Positions 1 through 11,659 of a stretch of 64,000 nucleotides of DNA are shown here, piece after piece. Source of the stretch: Kondoa subrosea. Lineage: Eukaryota. Position 1 is the stretch's first letter. Each line of letters begins with the position of its first letter. Where the stretch lies: NCBI GenBank assembly GCA_039545335.1, contig BCIN01000001.1, positions 1,286,604-1,350,603 on the forward strand. Direction: 5' to 3'. The position numbers were made by a program, and so were the translations under genes. The notes beneath the pieces are model-generated. The model was not told the origin of the DNA. It saw only the letters and a program-made list of their open reading frames with translations, and ran no database searches.

Positions 1-311
1 CATTCAAGGGTTGAAGGGAGATGATGATGAATAACAGTGAAGAAACGAGTACTCTACACTGAAGCGAAACTGCGATGATCGAAGCTGTTACGGTAGCTAT
101 ACAAGTCAATTTCCGGTCGAGCAATGTCGCTGGACCATGAGGTCAATCTCTTCACCGTTTTCACCCTGCAAATCGATGGACGATCAGCTGTGCCACCTCA
201 TACTAGTCAAGCTAGGCTGTACTAGCAAATGGAACACAGCTTCAAGGCGAACTTTGAAAGGTTGATGGAACTGGAATCTGTGTAAATGAATGTACAACTC
301 ATGTAATACCA

Positions 312-331
312 ATCATCATCATCATCATCAT
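312..331. repeat. (ATC)6 microsatellite
   Basis: atcatcatcatcatcatcat read directly upstream of the first gene. Confidence 0.8.
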
Positions 332-419
332 ATTAACCCTATTCAGCGCGTCCTCTCTCAACTGGTGCTTGCCATCCAAATTTCCCTTTGAGCTCTCATC
401 AGCGAACGTCGACTCCATC

Positions 420-1521
420 ATGCCTATTACAATCATTGATTCGCTACCTACTTATACTACATTAGAAGAGCATGAAGCTCATCAGCAAACGACTCCTACT
501 TCTTTCGATATTCCACCAGTGTTGCGTAGAAAAGAAGTAAATGTTCATGTCACTTTAACTCCCTCTGTTGAAGGTTGGCAAGAATTGCAACAAGGTATAC
601 AAGGAGATCTTTATATTTCAGAAGGGTGTGCATGTCTCTCTGTCTCTCAATGGTGAAGTCAAGGCTAATAACTTGCATTTTGAACAGATCATTAGTCTTT
701 TATTGCAATGAGAAGAACAAAGGCATTCAAGTCTCTTATCCTACTATAACATTGCATGCTATTTCTCGTACACCAATACAACCTTGGACTGGTCCATCAT
801 CATCGTCGACAGAGGATACAGCAGTAACGTCTAATGGAAGCTCAACTGAAGGAGGACCTTGTATTTTCTGTCAGTTGGATGAAAGTGAAGGGAAAGCTGA
901 TGATGAGGAGAATGAAGGACAAGAAGAGTATGAAACGAGGGATTTGATCATTACTCCAAAACAACCAGAAGATGGTCAGTCCGTACAAAAGCTTGAGACC
1001 GGTTTAAAGTCTCAACTTTTCGCGGGATGTGACAGTGGACGCGATCTTTGAAGTCCTCAGTTATTGCGCTAGCTTGTTCCCTTCGGAAATGAGTGAAGAT
1101 GATGAAGAAGAAGGACAAGGGATATTTGATAATCCCCCAGATGATGCGGATGTGAGCACTGTTCCTTGTTATATTGTCTCTGTTTGTAGGATCCGAAAAG
1201 CTGATGCTCTTTCTTTTGCTAGTTGTCGGCAGCTGGAAGGGTAAGATCAGATTTCAAAAATCCAGTCAGTTCTTTTTCCTTATTCTTTCTCTTACTTGGA
1301 AGAAAAAGTGGATTGACTGAGTTACTTGAATGAACAGCATGATCGATTCCAACCTTATTGAATAGAGTGCTCGAAATCATTTGGAAAGCTTGTTTGATTG
1401 GAATGATGTGCCTAGTGATTATCGTCCTCAGTGGTTCAGAGATGGAAATGATGATCCGAGTACGGAAGATGCGGTTGAAGGAGATGTACCGAGGGCAAAT
1501 CAAGTCAATGGAGCATCTTGA
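420..1521 (+). CDS. LOT5: pICln/Lot5-like protein (regulator of volume decrease / methylosome subunit), multi-exon
   Basis: Spliced MPITIIDSLP...TPTSFDIPPVLR, GDLYISE, YPTITLHAISR, CIFCQLD, acidic tract, AIFEVLSYCASLFP; last exon ...HLESLFDW...NGAS* ends at 1521. Confidence 0.8.
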
Positions 1522-1588
1522 CCTGTTGCAACGATCTTTGATTCCCTTTTGAACCTAATCCTCTTCAGCTTCGATCAGGTCTAAAGAG

Positions 1589-3037
1589 ATGCGATTGGAA
1601 GATCTACCTCCAGAATTAGTAGCTCAGATCTTTACGCGATCGAATTTCGTCAATCAGTCCTTTGAAAGCAGTCGCCCTTATGTCAATAGCTGCTTGAATG
1701 CCTTGCAAATCTCTCGAACATGGAGAAACTTGATTGAACCTATTCTGTACGGCTCAATAGACTTGGAAGCTTGCATTTCGTGCGCCTTTCTTTGAAACTT
1801 GTCATTTACCTCGAACTGTGTACCAATGCGAGTTGAATTAGTAACAAACGTCGTGCTATCTTACCTGCCGTATTGGCTCTTTCGTGTTCTCTTCTTGCTC
1901 AAACTCTTTCTTCTCGATCAGAATTAGGCGAATTCGTCAAATCACTGAATCTACCAACTTTGGGTTTATCAGCAGAGAAAAGACCTCATTATGCTCAAGC
2001 TTACAAAGATATGGAGAAGATCTTTTCACTCTCGCCGAATTTGCTCAATACTCGATTGGTCATACATCGACCTAGACCTTTTGAAGAAGAAGAAGAAGAT
2101 CAATTTAAGAATCAAGTGGATGATGGAGATACCAACGCAGCTCAATATCAACCTCTTTTCAGTAGAATGAAGTTTCAAGATCTCTTCTCACTCTCGCTTT
2201 GTGAGTTTTCTGCCCGTATTGTATTTGTAAATCGATCCAAACAGGTGATTTCTATAGCGGACGTCAGCGACTTCAACCCACCTCTACCCAAACTACCATC
2301 GAATCTCTGGAGTCAATTGACAGACTTACAATGTCAGGACCTTTTGTCTAATTGTTTTCTCCATTTGTAATTGACATAACAACGCACAGTAAACGCTTTC
2401 GGTCTCTTTTCAGCTAATGATATTTCTTCCCTCACTTCACTTCGCTCACTCTCATTAAAGAATATGGAAATTTCTACAGAAGCTTTTTCTGCTCTTCTAC
2501 AGCAAAACAGTTCGACTTTAAACCGACTGGACATCGATTCTCCTAGGACGGATAGCGATGCTTCTTTCTGGTCTGCTATAGAATACTTGCAAGAATTGAA
2601 TAGATTGGAAATCCGAGTAATTCATACTACTTTATTGAATGGGTTGAGTGAAGTCATACAATCAACCAAAGGGATCAGGTATTTGGTTTTAGGAGGACAA
2701 ACTGCCGAGTTTGTTGCTATGCTCAAGAATATAAAACATGAAAATGTTACGAGGTTGGAATTGGATTCTTTTGAAGATGCGCGATGTCCAGTGAGTTGTG
2801 GACTTTCGCTCGCCTTCGTACTTCAAGCTTAAAGTCGTTGCGCAGATCGATCAACTTATAAGCAACGAACCTGAACGTTGGCCAGCTTTGAACTATTTCT
2901 CTATAACGGACTCTAGAGATCCGGGAGCATTATACAACGCTTACAAAATGAATCGAATTTTTACTCGACTTTGGTCTACTCCCGTTGAGATTCATCGTGG
3001 TCCTCTCAGCATGGATAAGTCGACTTTGACAGTGTGA
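1589..3037 (+). CDS. F-box-like protein with leucine-rich repeat-like C-terminal region, multi-exon
   Basis: N-terminal MRLEDLPPELVAQIF...ISRTWRNLIEPILYGSIDL F-box pattern, followed by Leu-rich exons (LTSLRSLSL, LQELNRLEI). Confidence 0.7.
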
Positions 3038-3152
3038 GGTTTGCATATTTGCATAATCGATTTCAATAAGCTGAACTACATGTCATCAAGATCCCGTTCT
3101 ACACCTTAGCGATGTTCTGGCGATCCTGTTTATGGCATTGCATTATATCAAC

Positions 3153-5282
3153 TCATGTGCTGTTCCCCAAGGGATGGATCTGAAGCTGACCTGAAGGATA
3201 ATTCGGATGTGGACTTATAGGAAAGAGGTTACTACTCTTCGAAGGCGGAGCATTGAACAAACTGAGCAAATTCGCTCTTTGTTGAACTTTAGGTGGACTG
3301 AAATCTTGAGGTGGTGGAGGAGATTGGAAATTGGCGAGCAGAGGAATAGGTCGGATAGCTGTAGGTTGCGAAACCTGTAAAGGTGGATATTGTTGTGATT
3401 GTTGTTGTTGTGGCTGAAGAGGGAAGACATGAGGTTGATAAGAAGGTTGTTGCATTAGATGCGGATTCATATGTGCTTGTTGCTGTTGTTGGTGTTGTAT
3501 TAGGTGAAAGGGAGGAGGACCGTGTGAGCTGTATATCTGGCCAAAGGTTTTACCTGGCCCTGCTCCTGTTTGTAGCGAAGCCGGCAGACTGCGCGAACCT
3601 TCCGCTTGACTTGTGTGATTGAATTGAGATCCATAATTCGGCTGAGGTTGCGGAGGTCTAGCTGTAAGAATATTGAGCAGCCTAGTAGCTTTCTGAGCTT
3701 TCATTTGAGGCGAATCTTCTTGATGCCCATTTGACATCTGGTGCAGCCCATTGTGCAACTGATGAGAAGGTGAGGATTGCCGTTGAAAAGGCGCTTGCGA
3801 AGCGAACAACGTTTGCAAGCCGTTGTGCGATGGAATCTGTTGTGTAGATTGACCTAGACCAGTAATCATGTCCAAGTTTCGCATTAATTCATTCCGTTTC
3901 TGATTACGCTCTTCGGCGTTCAATATAGTAGACGGAGCTGCTTGCCAAGTCGGTTGGCTAGATTGCGATTGACCTGAAGGTTCTTGCGAGGAATGCGATA
4001 TAGCTGGACTAGGTTCAATCTGCTGCCTATTTACATTGTCGGTTGAAAGAAGACGTAAAAGTTGATCATGCCTTGATTCTTCTTGCGGTGGAGGAGAATC
4101 ATCTAGTAACGAAGGGAGAGATTCAGGTACAGGTTGAGCTGGGGGTAAATCAGAGCCAAAGAAGAGAGCATGAAGAGCTCGATTGCCTTCTTCTACATTC
4201 TCGAACGCTCTCTTGGCTTTCTCGGTCGCTTGTAACATTGGTTCTGCTTCGGCAATGTCTTGAGATGTGGCTTGCGCTGTCTGTGGTTGACGAGGCTTCT
4301 TCCGTTGCTTATGTGATGATATCCAAGCTTTGAGAGCACTGAGATTAGAGCATAGGTAAGACCAAAAGAAAGCACGAGGGAATTCAAAACGGACCGAATA
4401 ACCGGAAAGACCATATAAAACCTCTTGCTACCTAGATCCTTCTTATTCCAGCCAGGTAGATCTTTCAAAGCATGCCAACTGATCTGACTAATCTCCTTTC
4501 TGGTCCTTGTCTCGAAGACAGTATCTTCTTTGACTCCAGGCACGATATAGAAGCGAACCATTTGAGAATGCACATTGACATCTATATAATCATCCACTTC
4601 TTTCAGACCTCTAGGTAGAGAGGGAGGGTTCGAGTGAGAATCCTGGGGATGAGATTTCCTTGATGGATCGAAATGAGGAGCGATATCGTAACCGGTTTCT
4701 TCCCAAACTTCTCTAACAGCACAATCCCTATCCGATTCGTTCTGATTGATTTTGCCTTTTGGGAAACCCCAAGCAGCGTTTGCTTTCCAACCTTTGACTA
4801 AAATCGCTTTATCCCAAGTTGGGTTGATGAGAATCGCACCACGAACAGGAACGGAAGCTTTGTATTGCAAGAAAGCATCATAAGCTGTTGCTGGATCGAA
4901 AGAGAAAGCTGAAAGATGAGTTGAACAAGCTGCTAAGAAATGTTCAGAGAAGCGACGGAGATTGTAAGCTGGTAAATCTGGTCGAATAGGTCGAATGAAA
5001 TCTTCGTAGAACCAATGCGATTGTTCTACTTGGAAACAGATGCGCTCTATGGATTCCAATTCTTCCGCTGGTAAGTTGACAATAAACCGACTATTTGTAT
5101 GTACGAAGCCGTTCACATGGGCATGCATGGAAACACAAAGTGAGATAGGAAGAGGAGAAGAGGTAGGCAGCACAATCAGCTGTAGCTCAGCCTTTGTAAC
5201 AGAGCAGCACTTGCGATGCTAGTTCACTGAACACGTCTTGAAGCGACATGCCCGCATAATGCGATGACACATTGGCTTCCAT
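3153..5282 (-). CDS. DCP2: mRNA decapping enzyme catalytic subunit (Box A + Nudix, Q/P-rich tail)
   Basis: ELASRFIVNLP, ERICFQVEQSHWFYEDF, WGFPKGKIN...CAVREVWEETGYD Nudix box, TRKEISQISW; introns 5091-5214 and about 4340-4395. Confidence 0.95.
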
Positions 5283-5480
5283 TATTGAGGGTATAGCCTC
5301 TCTTCTAAGGGTAATGTAGCAGTCCTGGTATGCTCCAGCAAGTGGTCTCTGGTATTCGACTTCAGTCGGTTGTTGCTCTCTTACCAACTTTATTACAAAA
5401 CATTACTCGGCTCAAGCTATTCTCCTTTCTGCTTTGACAACGAGCAGTGTGCAGCTGTATTCGAAGCCCGACTAGCGACC

Positions 5481-6936
5481 ATGTCACCTCATTCTTCCTT
5501 TTCTTCGGTCAAACTCTTTTCAGGCAGTTCGCATCCAGAATTAGGCGAGCTTATATCTAGGCGGTCAGCTCTCGGATCAGGCTCAGACGTTAAGGAACAC
5601 AATTGACGGGTATTGTTAGACTTGGTATCCCATTAACGCCCTCAAAATGTCGAAGACTGCCTTCAGGTGAAATTTCCCTTGATCTAAAAGACAGCGTGCG
5701 GGAAGCAGATGTCTATATCATCAAGTTTGTGTCCTTCCGTTTTTATTGTTTGCATGTGTCTGATCATTACGGAATTACACACAGCACTGCTTCATCTTCA
5801 ATAACTGCTACCAACCCCGCTTTGATGGAAACGCTTATCATGGCTCATGCATGCAAAATAGCTAGCGCAGGTCGAATAACAGCTGTTGTAAGTTTAATCT
5901 GTTCTCCCTATTATAACTCTACTAAGCAACAAAGCAATAGCTACCTCATTTTCCTTACGCTCGACAAGATAAGAAAGATAAATCAAGAGCACCAATTACC
6001 GCTAAACTAGTCGCCAACATGCTCGTAGATTCGGGAGTACAGCATGTAATCGTATGCTTTCGCTTTCCTTCCTTGTTTCGTTTCTTGTGCTTAGCCGTTC
6101 GGGCTAGACAATGGATCTACATGCTTCACAAATTCAAGGCTTTTTCGACGTACCTGTAGACAAGTAAGAATCTCTCTTCTTCTACCGTACTAGCGCATTG
6201 TCTGACCAAACCCTGCAAAGTTTATATGCTGAACCCACCATGACTCAATATCTTCGAGAAAACGTGGATGTAAAGAACGCAGTCATCGTTTCTCCAGATG
6301 CCGGTGGTGCGAAAAGGTCCGTTCTGATCCTACTATGTGCTTTGTCAAAAAGCTTACATGGGCTGATGTTGGACAGAGCGTCTTCACTTGCTGCGAGATT
6401 GGATTTGGATTTCGCTCTATTCCACAAAGAAAGAAAGAAGGCAAATGAAGTTGCTAGAATGGTTCTTGTTGGAAAAGTAGACGGCAAGACTGCTATTCTT
6501 ATAGATGATATGGTTCGTCAGATTACTCTCAACTGAAATTTATCAGTTAGATAGTAATTGTCGGCGAACAGGCCGATACTTGCGGCACATTAGCAATGGC
6601 TTCGAAACATCTAATGGAAGCAGGAGCCAAACAAGTCATTGCGCTAGTAACGCATGGAATTCTTTCTGGTCCTGCTTTTGAGAAAATCGAAAACTCAAGT
6701 TTAGAGAAAATCGTAGTCACAAACACTATTCCACAGAATGCGAACCTCAAGAAAACGGATAAACTGGATTGTGTTGATGTAAGCCATGTTTTGGCGGAAA
6801 CTATTAGAAGATCGCATTATGGAGAATCGATTTCATATTTGTTTGTCTCAATTCCGTTGGGACAACAGATGTGGTATGCTGATCTAACTGATTTAGATTC
6901 GATGCTGTTCCCTTTTCGAACCCTATCAAGCTGTAA
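5481..6936 (+). CDS. PRS: Ribose-phosphate pyrophosphokinase, multi-exon
   Basis: [68 protein letters not shown]; spliced C-terminus [15 protein letters not shown]. Confidence 0.95.
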
Positions 6937-7165
6937 GCAATGCCTGGGCACATCTGTGGAAGCCATTGACGAGTCAATAGCGACTCGCCGGCCGAGGAGA
7001 GCAATAGAGAGGAAGAAGATGAACACATGAAGAACTCAAATGGGTCAAGAGCATGATTCCGTCCTTCGAGGTGTAATGCAATTTGTACAATTTTAAACTA
7101 CTTTAGACGATACAAAAAAAAATGCGATGTCTGGCGTGCGACTGTGCAAAAAGACCACGGCAGCA

Positions 7166-8459
7166 TCAATCGCTATCACTGTCATTCTCTTCCTCACTTC
7201 CATTATGATCATCCAGGTCACTATCTTCGTTTCTGCCTTCCGGAACAATTCTTCTCCTTCTTGTGTAATCACCTTCCACCCAAGCTTGATCGATCGCCTC
7301 TAACTCATCCTCACTAGCTTCCGCTTCCTGTTCAGGGTAATCGTTCTTGTAAAATTGCTCATCGTTCGAATCTTCATCTTCTTCTTGATCGGATTCCGAG
7401 GAAGAAGAATAGCCTGTTGATGTTGTTGGGTCGTAAATGAGATCGGCAGGAGTGAGACCGGATCTAAATAACGTAGTTGGTCAGCTTGGCACAGATGCGA
7501 AAGAAAAAAATCCTTACAATTGACCAACTCGAGCTAAATGCAAATCGTCCGGCATAAGAGGTTGACTTGTTGGAAGTGGTGCAGAACGATAGTAGACATC
7601 ATAAACATAATCATCATCATCTGCTTCTTCTTCTGCTGATACTGCTGAATTGGACGAATTGCGTCTAACTGGTGTTCCAGCTGGTGTGATAGTGGGGGAC
7701 ATATCATTCACTACATCTGGTATTCAGCCAAGGTACTTCACTTTGCAGAGGTAACTGACGAGAAAGATATTCCTGCAGCATTGGCACAAAGTTCTTCATC
7801 ACATCATCCTCTTCGTCCTCATCTTTATTTCCAACAGTATTCAACCTCACTTGCTGCCTTTGTTTCTCCTTTGCAACACCTAGAGGGCCTAAGGATTTCC
7901 TCCCTCTACTACCAGCAGCAGTAGGTTTGGAAGGAGTGTTGTCACCTAAATCCTCTTCGATATCAACAATCTTCATCGCTTGCTTCTTCTCTACAGCTGG
8001 TGGTTCTTTCAACCTCTTGATCCCCGAAGCAGAAGGTGAAGAAGGGAAAGAAGCCAAAGATCTCTTTTGCTGAATGACTCTGTACCTAGCTTGTTTCGTC
8101 TGTTCTACATATTGATCGCCTTTGTTGTTGGATTCATTGACATGTTGTGTTGCTAAAGAAGAGATAGAAGAAGGTCTAGCAGTAGGAGAAGCAGGATGTT
8201 TGAGTAGAGATGTGATCCTTTCGCGTAGAGCTCGAGTTTGACTTTCAGAAGTGAAAGAATCTAAAGAAACGGTATCAACCAGACGAAAGATAGGTTTCTG
8301 AACACTGGCTGAGCTTGGTAAAGGAGCTGCTGCTGCTGCTGTTGTTCGACTTCGTTTTGAGGGAGTCTCTTGAAATGATTCGTCCACTACCAAGGCATCC
8401 AATTGCGGCGCTCCTCTCTTGCGTTTCAGTCGAATGATAGACACGTTAGGGCTATCCAT
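7166..8459 (-). CDS. IWR1: RNA polymerase II nuclear import factor Iwr1-like
   Basis: N-terminal IIRLKRKR...DALVV, DDYVYDVYYR, and C-terminal DEDSNDEQFYKNDYPEQE motif. Confidence 0.85.
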
Positions 8460-8552
8460 TGCCTTTATCAGCCTGTGACTGACTGTTATTGGAAAAGGTC
8501 ACGAAGTTATTGATCTTGGCGAGATCCTGCAATATCGCGGCTGCAGTGCATT

Positions 8553-8874
8553 ATGCAGCTCAGAACTTTCCTCTACATCGTTTCTTTCATCTTCTTTGCT
8601 TTCCTAATCTTCCTCTGTGTGTTTTCTTCTTCTTCTTCTGTCAAAGCATCGCTGAGTGCAGTAAGCAGTGCTCTCAACCTGCTTAGGCGAACCTATCTCC
8701 GCCTGGGCTCAATCTACATTCAATAGCGCTTTACGTCAAGCGGAACAATCAAGTACTAGCTATAAGAGAAGTTTGAAGGATTACAATCGATTAGGAAGCA
8801 GTTTCGAAGAGATGGAAATGAGTAGAATTTACGAGTATCAGGATGAACCGCCTATGACGCCTAGAAAAAGATAA
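8553..8874 (+). CDS. Small (89 aa) single-pass membrane or signal-anchor protein, 2 exons
   Basis: ATG 8553 MQLRTFLYIVSFIFFAFLIFL, 52-nt GT-AG intron 8617-8668 with GCTGAG branch site, joining in frame to ORF ...LSTCLGEPISAW...PMTPRKR*. Confidence 0.6.
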
Positions 8875-8989
8875 AGGGTTTAGACTAATTGAAGTTTCGC
8901 AGTATGGAGATGTGAACGCAAGTAAATTTGATATCGAATGGGGGATGTCCATTAGTCTATAGCATTGTTACATATCTATTACACACATT

Positions 8990-10015
8990 CTAATGTTGCT
9001 TGTGCGCAGCAGCTTCTTCCGCTGCATGTTTCTTGGCTACATCGTGCGGTGAACCCTTTTTCCATTTGTACATCGAGTCTTCTTGAGTGAACCTTTTCGC
9101 ATCGCTATCATCTCCATTGGAGACCGCTGTAGGTAGTGACGATAGACCGGCACTTGCTAGGAGAACAGCTACTGTCAGCCCTTGAGCGTACATTCTGAAA
9201 AAAGGTTGTCAACCAATATGTCAGTTGGAGATGCTGGAGACTGACCTCGCTTGAACTAGCTTCTGAGCTGTAGAAAGAGGCGATCTGGCAATAAGAGCGA
9301 AAGCTGTACGCGAAAAGTTGACTCAGATGTGATTCATCAAAGTCAGCAATCACACGCACATCCGACCATCGAAGCGGCCCAAGCGCCAAAGACGGTTTGA
9401 TATCGATGTTCTTTAAAGTATTCGATCGCAGCATCCGTCCTACTTAGTTGCGCGTAATCTGCCACCCCTTGTTTGACTCTCGGGTCGTTTTGACCTAGAT
9501 TGAGCTTCTTCTCGATGATGGATTCTGTAAGAGCTCGCCTGATTTAATCATACTATGATATGTTCAGGCATGACTCTTTACCTTGATTGATCTTTCCTGG
9601 ATCATACCGTGCTGCTTCATGAGCTGCTCCTGCTCGATCCGCTCCAACAATCAAAGTGAAAACAGTTACACTGACCCTGAGATAAGCGACACATATACAT
9701 CACTCGACCTGATCTAAGCTCACGCAGTACATCCGAAAGCTTTTAAAGGTAAAGTGAGATTTCGATAAGCAGGAAAGAAGCGTTGAGCAGCGACTGAAGC
9801 GCCGACAGATGTCGCTAGACCAGCTCCACCATATTTTAGTCCACCTCGAACAGTTGCTGCTTGCTGCCTGTTTGTTGCAAATTGGATCAGCAAATGCGCA
9901 TGACGCCGATGCGAAGGGAAGAACTCGCTCGTCTTGTTCTTTCTGTGATATCAACTATTGGCCAATCTCCCTTAGTTTCTCATACAATTTCTGACGAATC
10001 CAAGCTCACCTTCAT
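8990..10015 (-). CDS. RCF2: Respiratory supercomplex factor 2 (HIG1 domain), multi-exon
   Basis: 6-nt first coding exon ATGAAG, then LISQKEQDE...GGLKYG...PAYRNLTLPLKAF, ending QKLVQARMYAQGLTVAVLLASAGL. Confidence 0.85.
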
Positions 10016-10106
10016 CTTCGTTCGATGTCAAGAGTTGCTGCGAAAAATATGCAAGGGTCGTCAGTATACCACGATTACCTTTGAAAGCTGGATCGATACC
10101 ACTTGA
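10016..10106. promoter_or_regulatory. Putative bidirectional promoter between RCF2 and RIM2
   Basis: Only 91 bp separate the two divergent start codons. Confidence 0.5.
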
Positions 10107-11382
10107 ATGCCTGTAGCTGTGCCCGAGAAGGCTCAATTACAGCGAGTAACACCAGGATGGCTTCATATGGTAGCAGGAGGGTCAGTGCTCTATGAACACT
10201 TTAAACAATAAAAAGGTAGCTGGCTGATGTCGAATCCAATGAGAGCAGAGTTGGAGGACTTGCTGGAGCATGTGTGACTGCACCTTTTGATTTGGTAAAG
10301 ACAAGATTGCAATCCGACGTCTTCAGCTCAAAGAGTCAACTCTACGCTGCTCAAGCTGCAAATCAACGTAAAGGCATTATCAAACTTTTGTATCATTTCG
10401 TAGAGACTGGTGTTATACTCAGGTGTGCGTCTCATCTACCTTTTTACTAATCTAATGTGACTGATTTCACCTTGCGTGCGCACAGAGACACTTATCGTTT
10501 AGAAGGTCCAACTTCACTCTTCAAAGGCTTAGGTCCAACATTAGTCGGCGTTATCCCAGCTCGATCTATTAATTTCTTCACTTATGGCAATGGGAAACCA
10601 ATCTTCACTAAATTGTTGACTTCGGATGGGAAAGAAAACACTTCAGTTCATTTAGCTTCTGCTGCTACTGCTGGAATCGTTACTGGTACAGCTACGAATC
10701 CTATTTGGGTCGTCAAGACTCGTTTGCAATTAGAAGAGAGGATAGAAAAGAAACCTTCTCCCATCACCACCACAATACCCTCGTCGACAACATCTTCCTC
10801 CCGAGCTTATTCCACAGCAACACTAAATAGAACAGGACCAATGAATTCTTTGGAATGTATACGGTTGATCTTCAAGACTGAAGGCATCAAAGGTTTCTAT
10901 CGAGGTCTTTCAGCTTCGTATCTGGGTGTAACGGAAGGAGTGATTCAATGGACTTTGTACGAACAATTCAAGAAGATGGCCGCGAGAAGGAAACAACCTG
11001 GAGATGGTGAAGGTTATGCTGGGAAAGGAGCTGCAGCTGGTTTAGCTAAATTGATAGCTACCGTCATTACCTATCCACATGAGGTTCGTTTCACTTTTGA
11101 TGATCAGCTTTCGAGTTGTTCACAAGAGCGTGGAATGGACAGGTCGTAAGAACAAGACTAAGGCAAGCACCACCGCAGAATCAAGCACCGCGGTATACTG
11201 GTCTGCTACAAACTTTCAACCTCGTCATTAAAGAAGAAGGTTTCGCTACCCTTTACTCAGGACTCAGTCCGCATCTCTTAAGAGTCGTACCGAACGCTAT
11301 TACCCTCTATATAGTATACGAGGGTATGCTTACATTCTTCTCGAAGGAAGTACCGGTAGATGCAGATGCGGAAGCTTTGTAG
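10107..11382 (+). CDS. RIM2: Mitochondrial pyrimidine nucleotide carrier (SLC25A33/36 type)
   Basis: Three carrier motifs PFDLVKTRLQ, PIWVVKTRLQ, PHEVVRTRLR; GLGPTLVGVIPARSINFFTY; YRGLSASYLG. Confidence 0.92.
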
Positions 11383-11659
11383 GCAGTAAGGCTTGGCTTG
11401 ACTAGAAGAAAATTGTAGATCTAGATACTAGATATGTAACAGAATCCCACTTCCCCTTTGTAATCTTACTTGCTTGGTCGAATTGCTTACGCGATGCACG
11501 GTGCATATTTTATCACGGTGTCTCGAACCACGAGCTTGCTGAATACTTTTGGTGAATACCCATTGCAGCGAAGAAGGGAGATGCCCTTAGGGTGCCCTCA
11601 TAGATACCACGAGCTCCTAGATTGACTTGACTTTGATATACCCTCTTTCTCCGGTCGAG

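Noticed and set aside
1..300. Possible gene fragment at the left edge
   Set aside because: Only short open frames with no recognisable motif
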